Assembly: GCA_965203555.1 (NCBI GenBank)
Contig: CBDBCY010000004.1
Span: 2,144,001-2,208,000 of the forward strand
Source: Acidimicrobiia bacterium
GTDB lineage: Bacteria; Actinomycetota; Acidimicrobiia; Spongiisociales; ZC4RG35
DNA: 64,000 nucleotides
Direction: 5' to 3'
This document shows positions 18,290 through 27,716 of the stretch, piece by piece. A program made the translations under genes and the position numbers. Positions within the stretch are counted from its first letter, which is position 1. Every line of letters starts with the position of its first letter. The notes under the pieces are model-generated. The model did no database searches and was not told the DNA's origin. It saw only the letters and a program-made list of their open reading frames with translations.

Positions 18290-19216
18290 TCACGCGGAGG
18301 TTTGGTCACCGCTTTCTTTGAACATTTCCCCGATGGCGGCCACGCTGCCGAGGACACCGCTGGTGTCGAGGGGCAGGAACACTTTGGTGGCCTGACCGTC
18401 GGCAATCCCCTGCAGAGCTTCCAGATACCGGATAGCGATCAGGTCAGGGGTGGGGTCTCCCTGGTGGATAGCTGAGAACACCTTTTCGATCGCCTGTGCC
18501 TCACCTTCGGCCACCGTCAGCAGCTTGTACCGGTCGGCGTCGGCCACTGTCTTGATTGCCATGGCTTCGCCCTCGGCCTCCAGGATGGCGCTTTCCCGTA
18601 CGCCTTCGGCCTTGAGGATTCGGGAGCGCTTGTCTCCCTCCGCCTCGGTTACCACCGCTCTTCTCTCTCGCTCCGCCTTCATCTGGCGGTGCATGGACTG
18701 GGTCACGTCGGCGGGAGGCTCGATCCGTTGAATCTCGACACGCACCACCCGGGTTCCCCATTTGTCGGTGGCGTCGTCGAGGATCTGACGCAGCTTGGTG
18801 TTTATCACCTCCCGGGAGGTGAGAGCGGAATCGAGGTCCAGATCGCCGACCACGTTTCTCAGGTTGGTCTGCGCCAACTTGGTGACCGCCACGATGAAGC
18901 GGCCCACGTTGTACTTCAGCTTGACGGGATCGGTGGCCTCGTAGTAGATCACCGCGTCAACGGTCACCACCACGTTGTCCTTGGTGATCACCTCCTGCGG
19001 GGGCACGTCCACCACCTGCTCGCGCATGTCCACTTTGATCATCCGCTTCACGAACGGCATGACCCATCGAAGCCCCGAGTCCACTGTTCTCTGATAGCGA
19101 CCCAGCATTTCGATCAGTCCCTTTTCGTAGGGCCTGACCACCTTCAGTCCGGCGGCGGCGTACAAGATCAACACCAACGCGACCGCTCCGAACAGTCCTA
19201 CGACGGCTAACTCCAT
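18290..19216 (-). CDS. SPFH/band 7 (stomatin/QmcA-like) membrane protein
   Basis: N-terminal [31 protein letters not shown] coiled region. Confidence 0.93.
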   Translation of the reverse strand: MELAVVGLFGAVALVLILYAAAGLKVVRPYEKGLIEMLGRYQRTVDSGLRWVMPFVKRMIKVDMREQVVDVPPQEVITKDNVVVTVDAVIYYEATDPVKLKYNVGRFIVAVTKLAQTNLRNVVGDLDLDSALTSREVINTKLRQILDDATDKWGTRVVRVEIQRIEPPADVTQSMHRQMKAERERRAVVTEAEGDKRSRILKAEGVRESAILEAEGEAMAIKTVADADRYKLLTVAEGEAQAIEKVFSAIHQGDPTPDLIAIRYLEALQGIADGQATKVFLPLDTSGVLGSVAAIGEMFKESGDQTSA

Positions 19217-19280
19217 GAATTCACTTCCTTCCTAGCTCCGACCGCGTTCAAGTCCTCGGACCTGCACCACGATCAGGTTG

Positions 19281-19724
19281 TCAAGACCGGGGAACCACTA
19301 CGAGTCGGGTTCCCTCCACCCTGACTACCTCTATTGTGTCTCCTTTGGCTATGTTTTCCTGGCCGGGTTCGACGGTGGCTCGCCACTGTTCTCCGAAAAT
19401 CCGCACCAGTCCTTCTCCTTGGATCTGGTCAATCTCCTCCAGTACCAGCCCGGTGGCGCCCTGCCAGCGATTGGCGCCTACTTGCGGCTGACCGCCCGAA
19501 TCCTGCTTCCTGATGTACCTGTGCAGAATGGCCCATGACAGGAGGGAAACACCGAAGAACACGAGCCACTGGGCCAGGACGGACAGGCCGATCCACGACA
19601 TGATCGCGGACGCCCCTGCGCCTACCACAAAGGGAAGCAGGAAAAACCCGGCTGTCAGCACCTCTCCGATTCCCATCACCGCGGCTAGACCCAACCAGAG
19701 CCATCTCCACAGTTCGCTATCCAT
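19281..19724 (-). CDS. NfeD family protein (SPFH partner)
   Basis: Three TM helices plus C-terminal OB (GLVRIFGEQWRA...VVRVEGTRLVV); upstream of SPFH gene. Confidence 0.9.
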   Translation of the reverse strand: MDSELWRWLWLGLAAVMGIGEVLTAGFFLLPFVVGAGASAIMSWIGLSVLAQWLVFFGVSLLSWAILHRYIRKQDSGGQPQVGANRWQGATGLVLEEIDQIQGEGLVRIFGEQWRATVEPGQENIAKGDTIEVVRVEGTRLVVVPRS

Positions 19725-19900
19725 GTTCTACTCCTCAGTTGGTTACGGGACGGCGCATCTTGGCAAGTTCGCGTGCCGTGTTGCCCTGATGCCTGCCAGC
19801 TTGAATTCTAGACCCCCGGCCTTTCTTATAGGATTTCAGAAAAAGCAGGTGACAACTGGGACCACTTTTCACAGCTACCTTCTAAGGTAAAGCCAATCGA

Positions 19901-22531
19901 ATGACTAAGAGATACGTTTTCGCTTTTGACGAAGCCGATCCCGGCGACAGTGGTCTCCTGGGTGGCAAGGGCGCCGGTTTGGCCCGGATGATGGAGATGG
20001 GATTGGCGGTCCCTCCCGGGTTCGTCATCACCACCGCCGCCTGCCGGTACTTTCTGCGCAATGGCAGGGTTCCTTCCCGGCTTTGGGCTCAGGTGGAGTC
20101 GGCCTTGGCCAGGATAGAAGATCAGACCGGCCGCAGTTTGGGGGGAGTGGGAGGCCCTCCGCTTCTGCTGTCGGCTCGCTCCGGCGCCAAGATCTCCATG
20201 CCGGGGATGATGGACACGGTGCTCAACCTGGGCGCCAACCAAGCGGTGGTCTCCGAGTTGACCCTGTGGTCGGGCGATTCCCGGTTTGCCTGGGACGCCT
20301 ACCGGAGGTTGATCCAGACTTATGGTGACGTGGTGTTGGGCGCCGACCGGGACGACTTCGAAGAGGTGATGACCAGCCTGCGGGAGCGCCGCAACGTAAC
20401 CGAGGACTCTCGGCTCCCCACTTCGGACCTGGTCGATGCCGTCCGCCGATTCCGCATCCTGCTGGCAGCCCAGGATTCCGAGGTGCCCGTCGATCCATTG
20501 GAACAGGTACAGACTTCCGTGCTGGCGGTCTTCGAGTCCTGGAACTCTCCGCGGGCCTACAGCTACCGGCGGATCAACGACATTCCTCACGATCTGGGCA
20601 CGGCCTGCACCATTCAAATGATGGTTTTCGGCAACCTGGGCGCCGACTCAGGCACCGGAGTGTTCTTCACTCGCGATCCTGCCACCGGACACAAGGAGAT
20701 GTTCGGGGATTATCTGGCCAATGCCCAGGGCGAGGACGTGGTGGCGGGGATCCGGCAAACATCTCCTATTTCCTTTCTGGCCGAGGCTCAACCCGGCGTT
20801 CACGCCGAATTGAAAGGCGTCGGTGATTCCCTGGAGTCGGCCTACTCGGACATGTGCGACATCGAGTTCACCATAGAAAAGGGCAAGCTTTGGATCTTGC
20901 AGACCCGGGTGGGGAAACGATCCGCGGCGGCGGCCGTGCGGGCGGCGGTCGACATGGTGGAAGAGGGACTCATCGACCGTGAAACCGCCCTGATGCGAGT
21001 GGAACCCACCCAGTTGGAGCAGTTGCTGGTGCCGGGCATCAACGAAAAGAAGTCCCCGCCGCCGGCGTTTTTCGGGTTGGAGGCCTCGCCGGGAGCGGCA
21101 GTGGGCAAAGCCGTGTTCGACGTTGCCCGTGCAGTGGAATGGGCCGGCCAAGGCGTGCCGGTGATCCTGGTGCGCTGGGAGACCACTCCCGATGACATAG
21201 ACGGTTTGTTTGCTTCGGAGGGTATTCTCACCAGCCACGGTGGGAAGACCAGCCATGCGGCAGTGGTGGCCCGCGCCATGGGAACACCTGCCGTAACCGG
21301 GGCCGCCGAGATACTGATAAACGCAGAGAAGGGGTTCTTCACCGCACCCGGCGGTTTGGTGGTCCGAGAGGGGGATACGATTGCCATCGACGGCACCACC
21401 GGGAGGGTGTTCATTGGAGAGGTCGAATTGGTGGCGCCTTCTCCTCCGGCCGAGCTGACCACTTTCTTGGAGTGGGCCGACCAGACTCGTCGTCTGGGTA
21501 TCTGGGCCAACGCCGACACCGGCAAAGACGCCGCCCGTGCCGCAGAGTTGGGGGCGGAGGGTATCGGTTTGGCCCGCACCGAGCACATGTTCATGGGTGA
21601 TCGACTACCCGTGGTGCGCCGGATCATCATGGACGAGGGGCGCATAAAAGCGTTGGCGAAGTTGGAGCAATTGCAGGCCGATGACTTCACAGCCCTGCTG
21701 GAAGCGATGGACGGTATGCCGGTGGTGGTCCGCCTCTTGGATCCCCCTCTGCATGAGTTCCTTCCAGACCGGTGGGATCTACGGGACCAATATGACGAAC
21801 TCAGGGATCGGGGAGACTCCACCGAAGAGGTGGAGAGGATGATCGGTGTGGTCAAGAGTTGGGAGGAGACCAACCCCATGCTCGGACTTCGGGGTGTTCG
21901 ACTGGGTTTGATCCGTCCTTCGCTCTACCGCGTGCAGATACGGGCGGCCTTACAGGCCATCCGGCGGCGTCTGGAAGCAGGTGGAAACCCCATGCTGGAG
22001 ATAATGGTCCCGCTGGTGGTCGATCCCGCCGAGATGGAGCGAGTGGCGGCGATGCTTGCCGAGGAACAAGGCGCCTTCGGTGTGGATCAGAAGGTGAAGT
22101 TGGGCAACATGGTGGAGATCCCGCGAGCTGCGTTGCTGGCCGGTGACCTGGCCCGCATCTCCGAATTTTTCTCATTCGGCACCAACGACCTCACTCAGAC
22201 CACCTTCGGCCTGAGTCGTGACGACGCCGAGGTGCGCTTTCTCAACACCTACCTGGCGGATGGCGTTCTGTCGCACAACCCTTTCCAATCGCTTGACGAG
22301 AGGGGCGTGGGACTGCTGGTGAAGTGGGCCACCGAACAGGGCAAGGCGGCCCGGCCGGACCTGTCAGTGGGACTGTGCGGGGAACACGGGGGCGATCCCG
22401 ACAGCATCGACTTCTGCCATCGCGTGGGACTTGATTACGTGTCGATGAGCCCACCCCGCATCCCGGGTGCTCGGCTCGCCGCTGCCCAGGCGGCTATCCG
22501 CAGCGGCCGCAGTGCGGCTGCTGCGTCCTGA
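19901..22531 (+). CDS. ppdK: Pyruvate, phosphate dikinase
   Basis: LLGGKGAGLA, SMPGMMDTVLNLG, NAQGEDVVAGIR, GGKTSHAAVVAR (phospho-His), FSFGTNDLTQ, CGEHGGDP. Confidence 0.96.
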   Translation: MTKRYVFAFDEADPGDSGLLGGKGAGLARMMEMGLAVPPGFVITTAACRYFLRNGRVPSRLWAQVESALARIEDQTGRSLGGVGGPPLLLSARSGAKISMPGMMDTVLNLGANQAVVSELTLWSGDSRFAWDAYRRLIQTYGDVVLGADRDDFEEVMTSLRERRNVTEDSRLPTSDLVDAVRRFRILLAAQDSEVPVDPLEQVQTSVLAVFESWNSPRAYSYRRINDIPHDLGTACTIQMMVFGNLGADSGTGVFFTRDPATGHKEMFGDYLANAQGEDVVAGIRQTSPISFLAEAQPGVHAELKGVGDSLESAYSDMCDIEFTIEKGKLWILQTRVGKRSAAAAVRAAVDMVEEGLIDRETALMRVEPTQLEQLLVPGINEKKSPPPAFFGLEASPGAAVGKAVFDVARAVEWAGQGVPVILVRWETTPDDIDGLFASEGILTSHGGKTSHAAVVARAMGTPAVTGAAEILINAEKGFFTAPGGLVVREGDTIAIDGTTGRVFIGEVELVAPSPPAELTTFLEWADQTRRLGIWANADTGKDAARAAELGAEGIGLARTEHMFMGDRLPVVRRIIMDEGRIKALAKLEQLQADDFTALLEAMDGMPVVVRLLDPPLHEFLPDRWDLRDQYDELRDRGDSTEEVERMIGVVKSWEETNPMLGLRGVRLGLIRPSLYRVQIRAALQAIRRRLEAGGNPMLEIMVPLVVDPAEMERVAAMLAEEQGAFGVDQKVKLGNMVEIPRAALLAGDLARISEFFSFGTNDLTQTTFGLSRDDAEVRFLNTYLADGVLSHNPFQSLDERGVGLLVKWATEQGKAARPDLSVGLCGEHGGDPDSIDFCHRVGLDYVSMSPPRIPGARLAAAQAAIRSGRSAAAAS

Positions 22532-22534
22532 GCG

Positions 22535-22963
22535 ATGGCCGAAGTCAGGCTCACCCCCGGGGGCGCGCCCCAAACCATCCTGCCCGATCCACCTTCGGAA
22601 CTGGTTGACGCCCTCAACGCGGCGCCCGACCGGACGGCGCTGGTGGAGATGGCGGCCGCTCATCCCGACCTACCGGAGGCGTGGGCCGCGTTGGGGAAGC
22701 TCTGCGAATCAGAGGCAGGCAACCTGGGGGATCTCGTGGAGTCCTATGCCTACTACCGGATCGGGTATCACCGGGGTCTGGATGCCTTGAGGCACAATGG
22801 CTGGCGCGGTTCCGGGTACGTACGCTGGGCGCATCCCTCCAACCGAGGCTTTCTGGCCAGCCTGGACGGTTTGAGGAGAATGGCGCAGGCGATCGGGGAA
22901 GATGCCGAGTCAGACCGTTGCGCGGAGTTTCTGACGATGCTCGACCCTTCCTACCGGCCCTGA
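22535..22963 (+). CDS. DUF3151 family protein
   Basis: YAYYRIGYHRGLDALRHNGWRGSGYVRWAHPSNRGFL, characteristic of the family. Confidence 0.9.
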   Translation: MAEVRLTPGGAPQTILPDPPSELVDALNAAPDRTALVEMAAAHPDLPEAWAALGKLCESEAGNLGDLVESYAYYRIGYHRGLDALRHNGWRGSGYVRWAHPSNRGFLASLDGLRRMAQAIGEDAESDRCAEFLTMLDPSYRP

Positions 22964-22980
22964 TCCAGCCTCGGATGGTT

Positions 22981-23002
22981 GGCGGAGCTTTCGCTCCACG
23001 CC
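22981..23002 (+). terminator. Hairpin after ppdK-DUF3151
   Basis: GGCGGAGC-TTTC-GCTCC(A)CGCC; no U-tract. Confidence 0.45.
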
Positions 23003-23435
23003 GGTAGCTCAACGAAAAGTATCCCGAATCGGTCTGTCGGCAGGCAAAGCCACCAGCGGAATAGGGTTCCCCCGGTTTGGTGGGGGAGCCAGACGGATTT
23101 TGTTCTCTGTGGCGAGGGGCGTTAGGTTATAGCCTTTAGAGTTGGTCGATCTTTTGTTAGGAGGGTCGGGTTTTGGATATGTTTCGCAGGGCGGGGAGGG
23201 GAGTCGTGGTGTTGGGGGTGTTGTTGTCTTTGGTGCCGTTGGGTTTTGGTGGGCTGGGCTGGGAGGGGGCCGGGTTTGGGGATGGGGTAGGTTTGCAGGC
23301 GGTTTCCGATGATGCTTGTCCGTCTCCTGATGATTTAACGCTTGTTCTGGCCTAAGCGAAGACGTGCGGAGAGTATCCTTCCAAACTCTCACCCAAGTAC
23401 AACAATACTGTGCAAGGGCTACCACTAGAACGTTG

Positions 23436-24790
23436 GAGGCTGCGCGTATTTGTGGGGAGCAGGGTTAGGGAGGGGGTCCTTGGTTAGGGGTTGAGGCCTC
23501 GCTGGAATAGGTGGTGTAAGCGAATCGCCTATCCAGGAGGCCTCAATGAATGCTGATGTTATGCCGGTCCGGTTGCACCTGCGTGGTGTGCGGGTGACGA
23601 AGGTGGTGGTTGACACCGTGGGGGAGCTGGTGGTGGAGGTGGTCTCGGCGAAGAAGCTGTCGGAGTGTCCGCATTGTGGCCGGTCGTGCCGGCGGGTGCA
23701 TGACCGCCGCCAGCGGCGAATCCGCGACCTGGAAGTGAGCGGACGTTTGACCGTGCTGTTATGGACGCAGCGACGGTACGTGTGCGACCGGTGCGAGAGG
23801 CGGCACATGGAAACCCACCCGGAGTTTGTGGGTGGTATAACGCGTCGGCTGGCCCGCCGGCTGGTCCAGGACGCCCAGGCCATGCCCATCCGGGCAGTGG
23901 CCCGCCGCCACCAGATCAGTTGGCATCTGATCATGGGTCTGGTCACCGACTGGTCCCATTTGATCCGAACCCGCCGCCGTCGCCAAAGGTGCCGGGTGCT
24001 GCTGATCGACGAAACATCGATCCGAAAACGTCACCGCTATGTCACCGTGGTCGCCAACGGCGACACCGGCGAGATCCTGTCCATGTTCCCCGGACGGTCC
24101 AAACAGGCGTTGAGCAGGTTCTTCATCGAGCAGGGACCCCGCTGGTGCCAGAACGTACAGGTCGTGGTCTCAGACGGTTCCCGTTCCTACCAGGCGGCCA
24201 TCGTCCGCTACCTTCCTTCGGCCTGTCATGTCCTGGACCGGTTCCACGCCGCTCGCTGGTTCACCGACGGACTAACCCTGGTACGCCGGGACCTGCAACG
24301 CCGCCAACCCCCAGGCGTCAAACCCGCCTGGCACCCGGATCTGTTCCGCGCCCGGTACCTGCTCCTCAAAAGAAAGGCCAATATCACCCCCGAAGAGAAA
24401 AAACGTCTCCGACACCTATTCGAGGCGTACCCGCGTCTACGAGTGGCCTGGGACGCTCTCCAACAGCTCTACGGCCTCTACGAGGCCAAAGACCTCCCCA
24501 CCGCGCTCGAGGCCCTCGAACGGTTCGTCACCCTCTACGAAACCGGGCACATACCCGAGTACTACCACACCGTAAACACCGTCCTCAACTGGTCCAACGA
24601 AATCCTCAACTGGCACCACGCCCGCCGTTCGAACGGACCCCTGGAAGGCATCAACAACCTCATCCAAACCCTCCGACGCACCGCCCACGGCTTCACCAAC
24701 CCCCACAACTACGCCGCCCGAGCACTCCTCCTAACATGAACCCCACCACCCACCAGCCAGACCACCAATCCCAAAAAAACGCGCAGGGCC
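23436..24790 (+). mobile_element. ISL3 family insertion sequence, 1355 bp, apparently intact
   Basis: Imperfect terminal IRs (GAGGCTGCGCGTATTTGTGGG vs reverse complement GGCCCTGCGCGTTTTTTTGGG). Direct repeat GAACGTTG at 23428-23435 and 24791-24798. Confidence 0.92.
23546..24739 (+). CDS. ISL3 family DDE transposase
   Basis: Zinc finger CPHCG...CDRC, LIDETS, VVSDG, DRFH, SNGPLEGINNLIQTLRRTAHGF; SD AGGAGG. Confidence 0.95.
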   Translation: MNADVMPVRLHLRGVRVTKVVVDTVGELVVEVVSAKKLSECPHCGRSCRRVHDRRQRRIRDLEVSGRLTVLLWTQRRYVCDRCERRHMETHPEFVGGITRRLARRLVQDAQAMPIRAVARRHQISWHLIMGLVTDWSHLIRTRRRRQRCRVLLIDETSIRKRHRYVTVVANGDTGEILSMFPGRSKQALSRFFIEQGPRWCQNVQVVVSDGSRSYQAAIVRYLPSACHVLDRFHAARWFTDGLTLVRRDLQRRQPPGVKPAWHPDLFRARYLLLKRKANITPEEKKRLRHLFEAYPRLRVAWDALQQLYGLYEAKDLPTALEALERFVTLYETGHIPEYYHTVNTVLNWSNEILNWHHARRSNGPLEGINNLIQTLRRTAHGFTNPHNYAARALLLT

Positions 24791-25118
24791 GAACGTTGGC
24801 GTGTGTACCAACTTTGAGGAATAATGAGTTGGTAAGCAAATACGCAATATTCTTTGTACAAAGACCAGGTAACAATCCTGCTTCTCCTCTGCCTGATCCT
24901 AATCTCGTTTGGGAAAACGGGAGCATTTGTACATTGCGGTTAGAAGTAGCAGTACACGAAGCAGGTCATATTTTTGGTCTCGATCATGCAACAATAAACC
25001 GAAATCAGAGCATCATGAACGGAACTGTTTTCACTAATGCTACAACAAACCGTCTATGTGGTCCCCAACCTATGGATATCGTAGCTTGGAAGGCACTTTA
25101 CCAGTCAGACACTACACC

Positions 25119-26333
25119 ATGACAATTTTTAGAAGGCAAAAGGTGCCAAAAGCAATGAGTAGTAGTCGAAGAGTGCTGATTGTTATGCTAGGCCTAATAT
25201 GCGTTATTGCGCCGAGTTGCGGTACAGCATCAACAAACAACCCACCAGACTCCCAACCATCCATCACTACCGTAGCGCCGACCACCGATCCGCTAAATAA
25301 CTCTCAGGATTCCACCACCACAACGGCACCGACAACAGATCAACAAGCCGTCACCACAACAGTTGTAACAACACATCAACAAGAACCCGCGCCAACTGTT
25401 CAAGAATATGAAAAGGATACAGAAGTTTTGTACCTGGAAGAGATCATTCCCCCCTGTGCTGCGGTAGACGGCAGTAGTCGTGACCCCTGCGCAGCGGGGA
25501 CACTACCTGTCATAGTTCATCACGATGAGCTATCGGAAGAACCTAAGATTCACGCTCCTCCCCTTGAAACGATCCTGAACTACTGGAATGCAGTTCACTC
25601 TTTGTCGACCCATATTGTTCTCCGCGGGACAGTCCTACCAGACACAACCCGCTGTGAGATATTCGGAATCACTATACCAAAGTATGAAGAGGAGTGGGTC
25701 CGTGAGATGTTTTCCGACTGGAGCCAGTTGTTTTGTTTCGCTGATGTGAGGGTAAACGAGTATTTGCTGGGAACAGGCCCTCCCCAGTTGAGCGTGATAA
25801 TGCGGATCGAAAATCCTCCCGGGCCTTCGTTGTTGGAAGAACAAGTAGCAGACGCATATGAAGGGGCCGAAGGAATACTGTTCCTCTCCACCGGCCACAG
25901 CCTCCAGTTGGAAGCATGGGAAATGGCGTTCTTCTGGGACGTTCAACAAATCGACAGCGAAACAAGAGTCATCGCCACCGACAAAGACGAATACCCCCAA
26001 ACCCCCGAAAACCTCGCCCTGCTGGACAACACACTCGCCGACTTCCGAACCAAGATAACCAAAGCAGCCGCCACCAGAGCCGCCCACACCGGCGGACGGA
26101 TCGGATTCGACCCCTCACTGCCGCTGTTGCTAACCGACGCCAACCAACTCAGCACCTACTACGGAGCGATCGGAGCCGTCTACGACAACCCGGAACAAGC
26201 ACCAACCACCCCACCACCCGTCCCCGGAGCAGAACAGCCCCCCACACCACCCGCCAATACCGGGGAAAACCAACAACCCCAAACCCCACCCGCCCCCGGA
26301 GAAGACACCCAACCACCCGACTCCACCCCCTAA
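25119..26333 (+). CDS. Hypothetical secreted lipoprotein with Thr-rich linker and Pro/Gln-rich tail
   Basis: ATGA overlap with the metzincin stop. Hydrophobic signal ending IAPSC, T-rich linker, ~250-aa Cys-containing globular domain, PPTPP-rich C-terminus. Confidence 0.75.
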   Translation: MTIFRRQKVPKAMSSSRRVLIVMLGLICVIAPSCGTASTNNPPDSQPSITTVAPTTDPLNNSQDSTTTTAPTTDQQAVTTTVVTTHQQEPAPTVQEYEKDTEVLYLEEIIPPCAAVDGSSRDPCAAGTLPVIVHHDELSEEPKIHAPPLETILNYWNAVHSLSTHIVLRGTVLPDTTRCEIFGITIPKYEEEWVREMFSDWSQLFCFADVRVNEYLLGTGPPQLSVIMRIENPPGPSLLEEQVADAYEGAEGILFLSTGHSLQLEAWEMAFFWDVQQIDSETRVIATDKDEYPQTPENLALLDNTLADFRTKITKAAATRAAHTGGRIGFDPSLPLLLTDANQLSTYYGAIGAVYDNPEQAPTTPPPVPGAEQPPTPPANTGENQQPQTPPAPGEDTQPPDSTP

Positions 26334-26507
26334 CCCGTCAGGGCCGTTTATCGAGTAGGAGATCTCGAACACCCGACGCAGAGAGCAGACCTCGTATTGG
26401 AGACCGGCAACAGCAAACACCAGACCCCCTCCGAGATCTCAGTGCAGCGGGAAGACCATTTCAATTATCGCCAACAACTTGGCTCGGCGGGAGTAAACAT
26501 GACTCCC

Positions 26508-26735
26508 GGGTCATCGGATTTTACGGAGGAGTGATGGTTGTGAGGAGTTGCCAGTTGGGCTTTCCGGCGTACAGGAGCGCTCGAGTTCGGTAGGTGGCAA
26601 AGCTTCGGAACCCGAATGCTCCTCGTTTGATCCGTTTGGTGAGATTGTTCAACCTTCTGTGGGTCCGTTCGTCACAGTGGAATGGCGCCACTTCGTGATC
26701 TGGGTAGCCCAACGAGCGATAGTACACCGGCCCTT
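26508..26735 (-). mobile_element. 3' remnant of a second, different ISL3 element
   Basis: TIARWATQITKWRHSTVTNGPTEG/(frameshift)LNNLTKRIKRGAFGFRSFATYRTRALLYAGKPNW, stop followed by a GG-terminated end near 26508. Confidence 0.8.
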
Positions 26736-26851
26736 TATCCAGAACAGGGTCTCGCCCCGCCCCTACCGCTTTCACCCGCCCGAACCGGGCAGTATCGGCT
26801 TCCAACAGAGCGTCGCCCCGCCGGACGACCGCACCGTTCACCGTATGCCAA

Positions 26852-27160
26852 TCACACCCCAGGTTTTTCCCTGACCCGGTTGAGAGAGGCCCGGCGGGCC
26901 TTTCGTCCTCCCGCGATATCGGCCATCCTGACCGCGATGAGTCTCCGGGTCCCCGGGCGCCAAGGCAAGCACCGCCACGCCATCAACTCGAACACCAGCG
27001 ACTTGACTATCTGGCTGGGCCGGCATCCCACCGCCCGGGCGGCATCGACCGCGGTTTTGGTTCCGCTGCTCAAGATTCGGATGTCCTCCTCAATGTCCAG
27101 TCCTTGGCATCTGTCCACGAAGCGGCGGGTTGCATCAGGCAGATTGGCTGGATCCGACAC
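26852..27160 (-). pseudogene. YbaK/EbsC (aminoacyl-tRNA deacylase) family pseudogene, frameshifted and 3'-truncated
   Basis: TKTAVDAARAVGCRPSQIVKSLVFE, then VDGVAVLALAPGD in another frame, then RRL...ARRASLNRVRE. The GGxPP motif and C-terminus are missing. Confidence 0.75.
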
Positions 27161-27237
27161 GCCTCTATACCTTATCAAACCGGCTGGGGTATTCTCGGAG
27201 ACGTTCAGAGCCGGGATCGATTGAATAAGGAGCACCT

Positions 27238-27693
27238 ATGAGGCGAACCATCGAGCATGTCAGGGAGTTCGCGGCTGCCGATCAGGGACTGGCGTTTGTT
27301 TCCTTTGCCCGGGCGAATGGGACGGTCCACTCCACTCTGATCAACGCCGGGGTGATGACCCATCCCGTCACCGGTGAAGAAGTGGTGGCGTTCGTGGTAC
27401 GGGGAAACACGGTCAAACTCCGCCACTGGCGGCACACCCCCCAGGCCACCATCACCTTCCGGGCAGGATGGTCTTGGATCGGCGTGGAGGGCAGGGTAAC
27501 CCAGGTCGGTCCGGATGATCCCATGGAAGGATTTGACGCCGCCGATCTGCCGGGACTGCTTAGGGACATATTCACGTCCGCAGGCGGTACCCATGAGGAC
27601 TGGGACGAGTACGACCGCGTGATGGCTGCCGAACGCCGCTCAGGGGTGTTCATCCATCCGGCCAGGATCAGGGGGACGAATCTGGGCAGATAG
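27238..27693 (+). CDS. Pyridoxamine 5'-phosphate oxidase-like (PPOX class, possibly F420-dependent) protein
   Basis: RANGTVHSTLINAG, VKLRHWRHTPQATI, GGTHEDWDEYDRVMAAERR; SD AAGGAG. Confidence 0.8.
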   Translation: MRRTIEHVREFAAADQGLAFVSFARANGTVHSTLINAGVMTHPVTGEEVVAFVVRGNTVKLRHWRHTPQATITFRAGWSWIGVEGRVTQVGPDDPMEGFDAADLPGLLRDIFTSAGGTHEDWDEYDRVMAAERRSGVFIHPARIRGTNLGR

Positions 27694-27716
27694 GGGGCAG
27701 GAGATTCCACACCCGG

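Larger units (their letters stand above)
23179..25122 (+). pseudogene. Secreted metzincin (matrixin-like) zinc metalloprotease, disrupted by a frame break near 23335 and by the ISL3 insertion
   Basis: Signal-like N-terminus MFRRAGRGVVVLGVLLSLVPLG. Removing the IS and one TSD gives the continuous frame ...QQYCARATTRTLACVPTLR...AVHEAGHIFGLDH...SIMN (HExxHxxGxxH plus Met-turn). Confidence 0.78.

Noticed and set aside
23761-25122. 453-aa ORF as a genuine protein
   Set aside because: The first ~343 codons are an alternative frame of the ISL3; only the last ~110 aa belong to the interrupted metzincin.
23436-26735. Composite transposon formed by the two ISL3 copies
   Set aside because: The two elements are different sequences, one is a fragment, and the intact one has its own target duplication.
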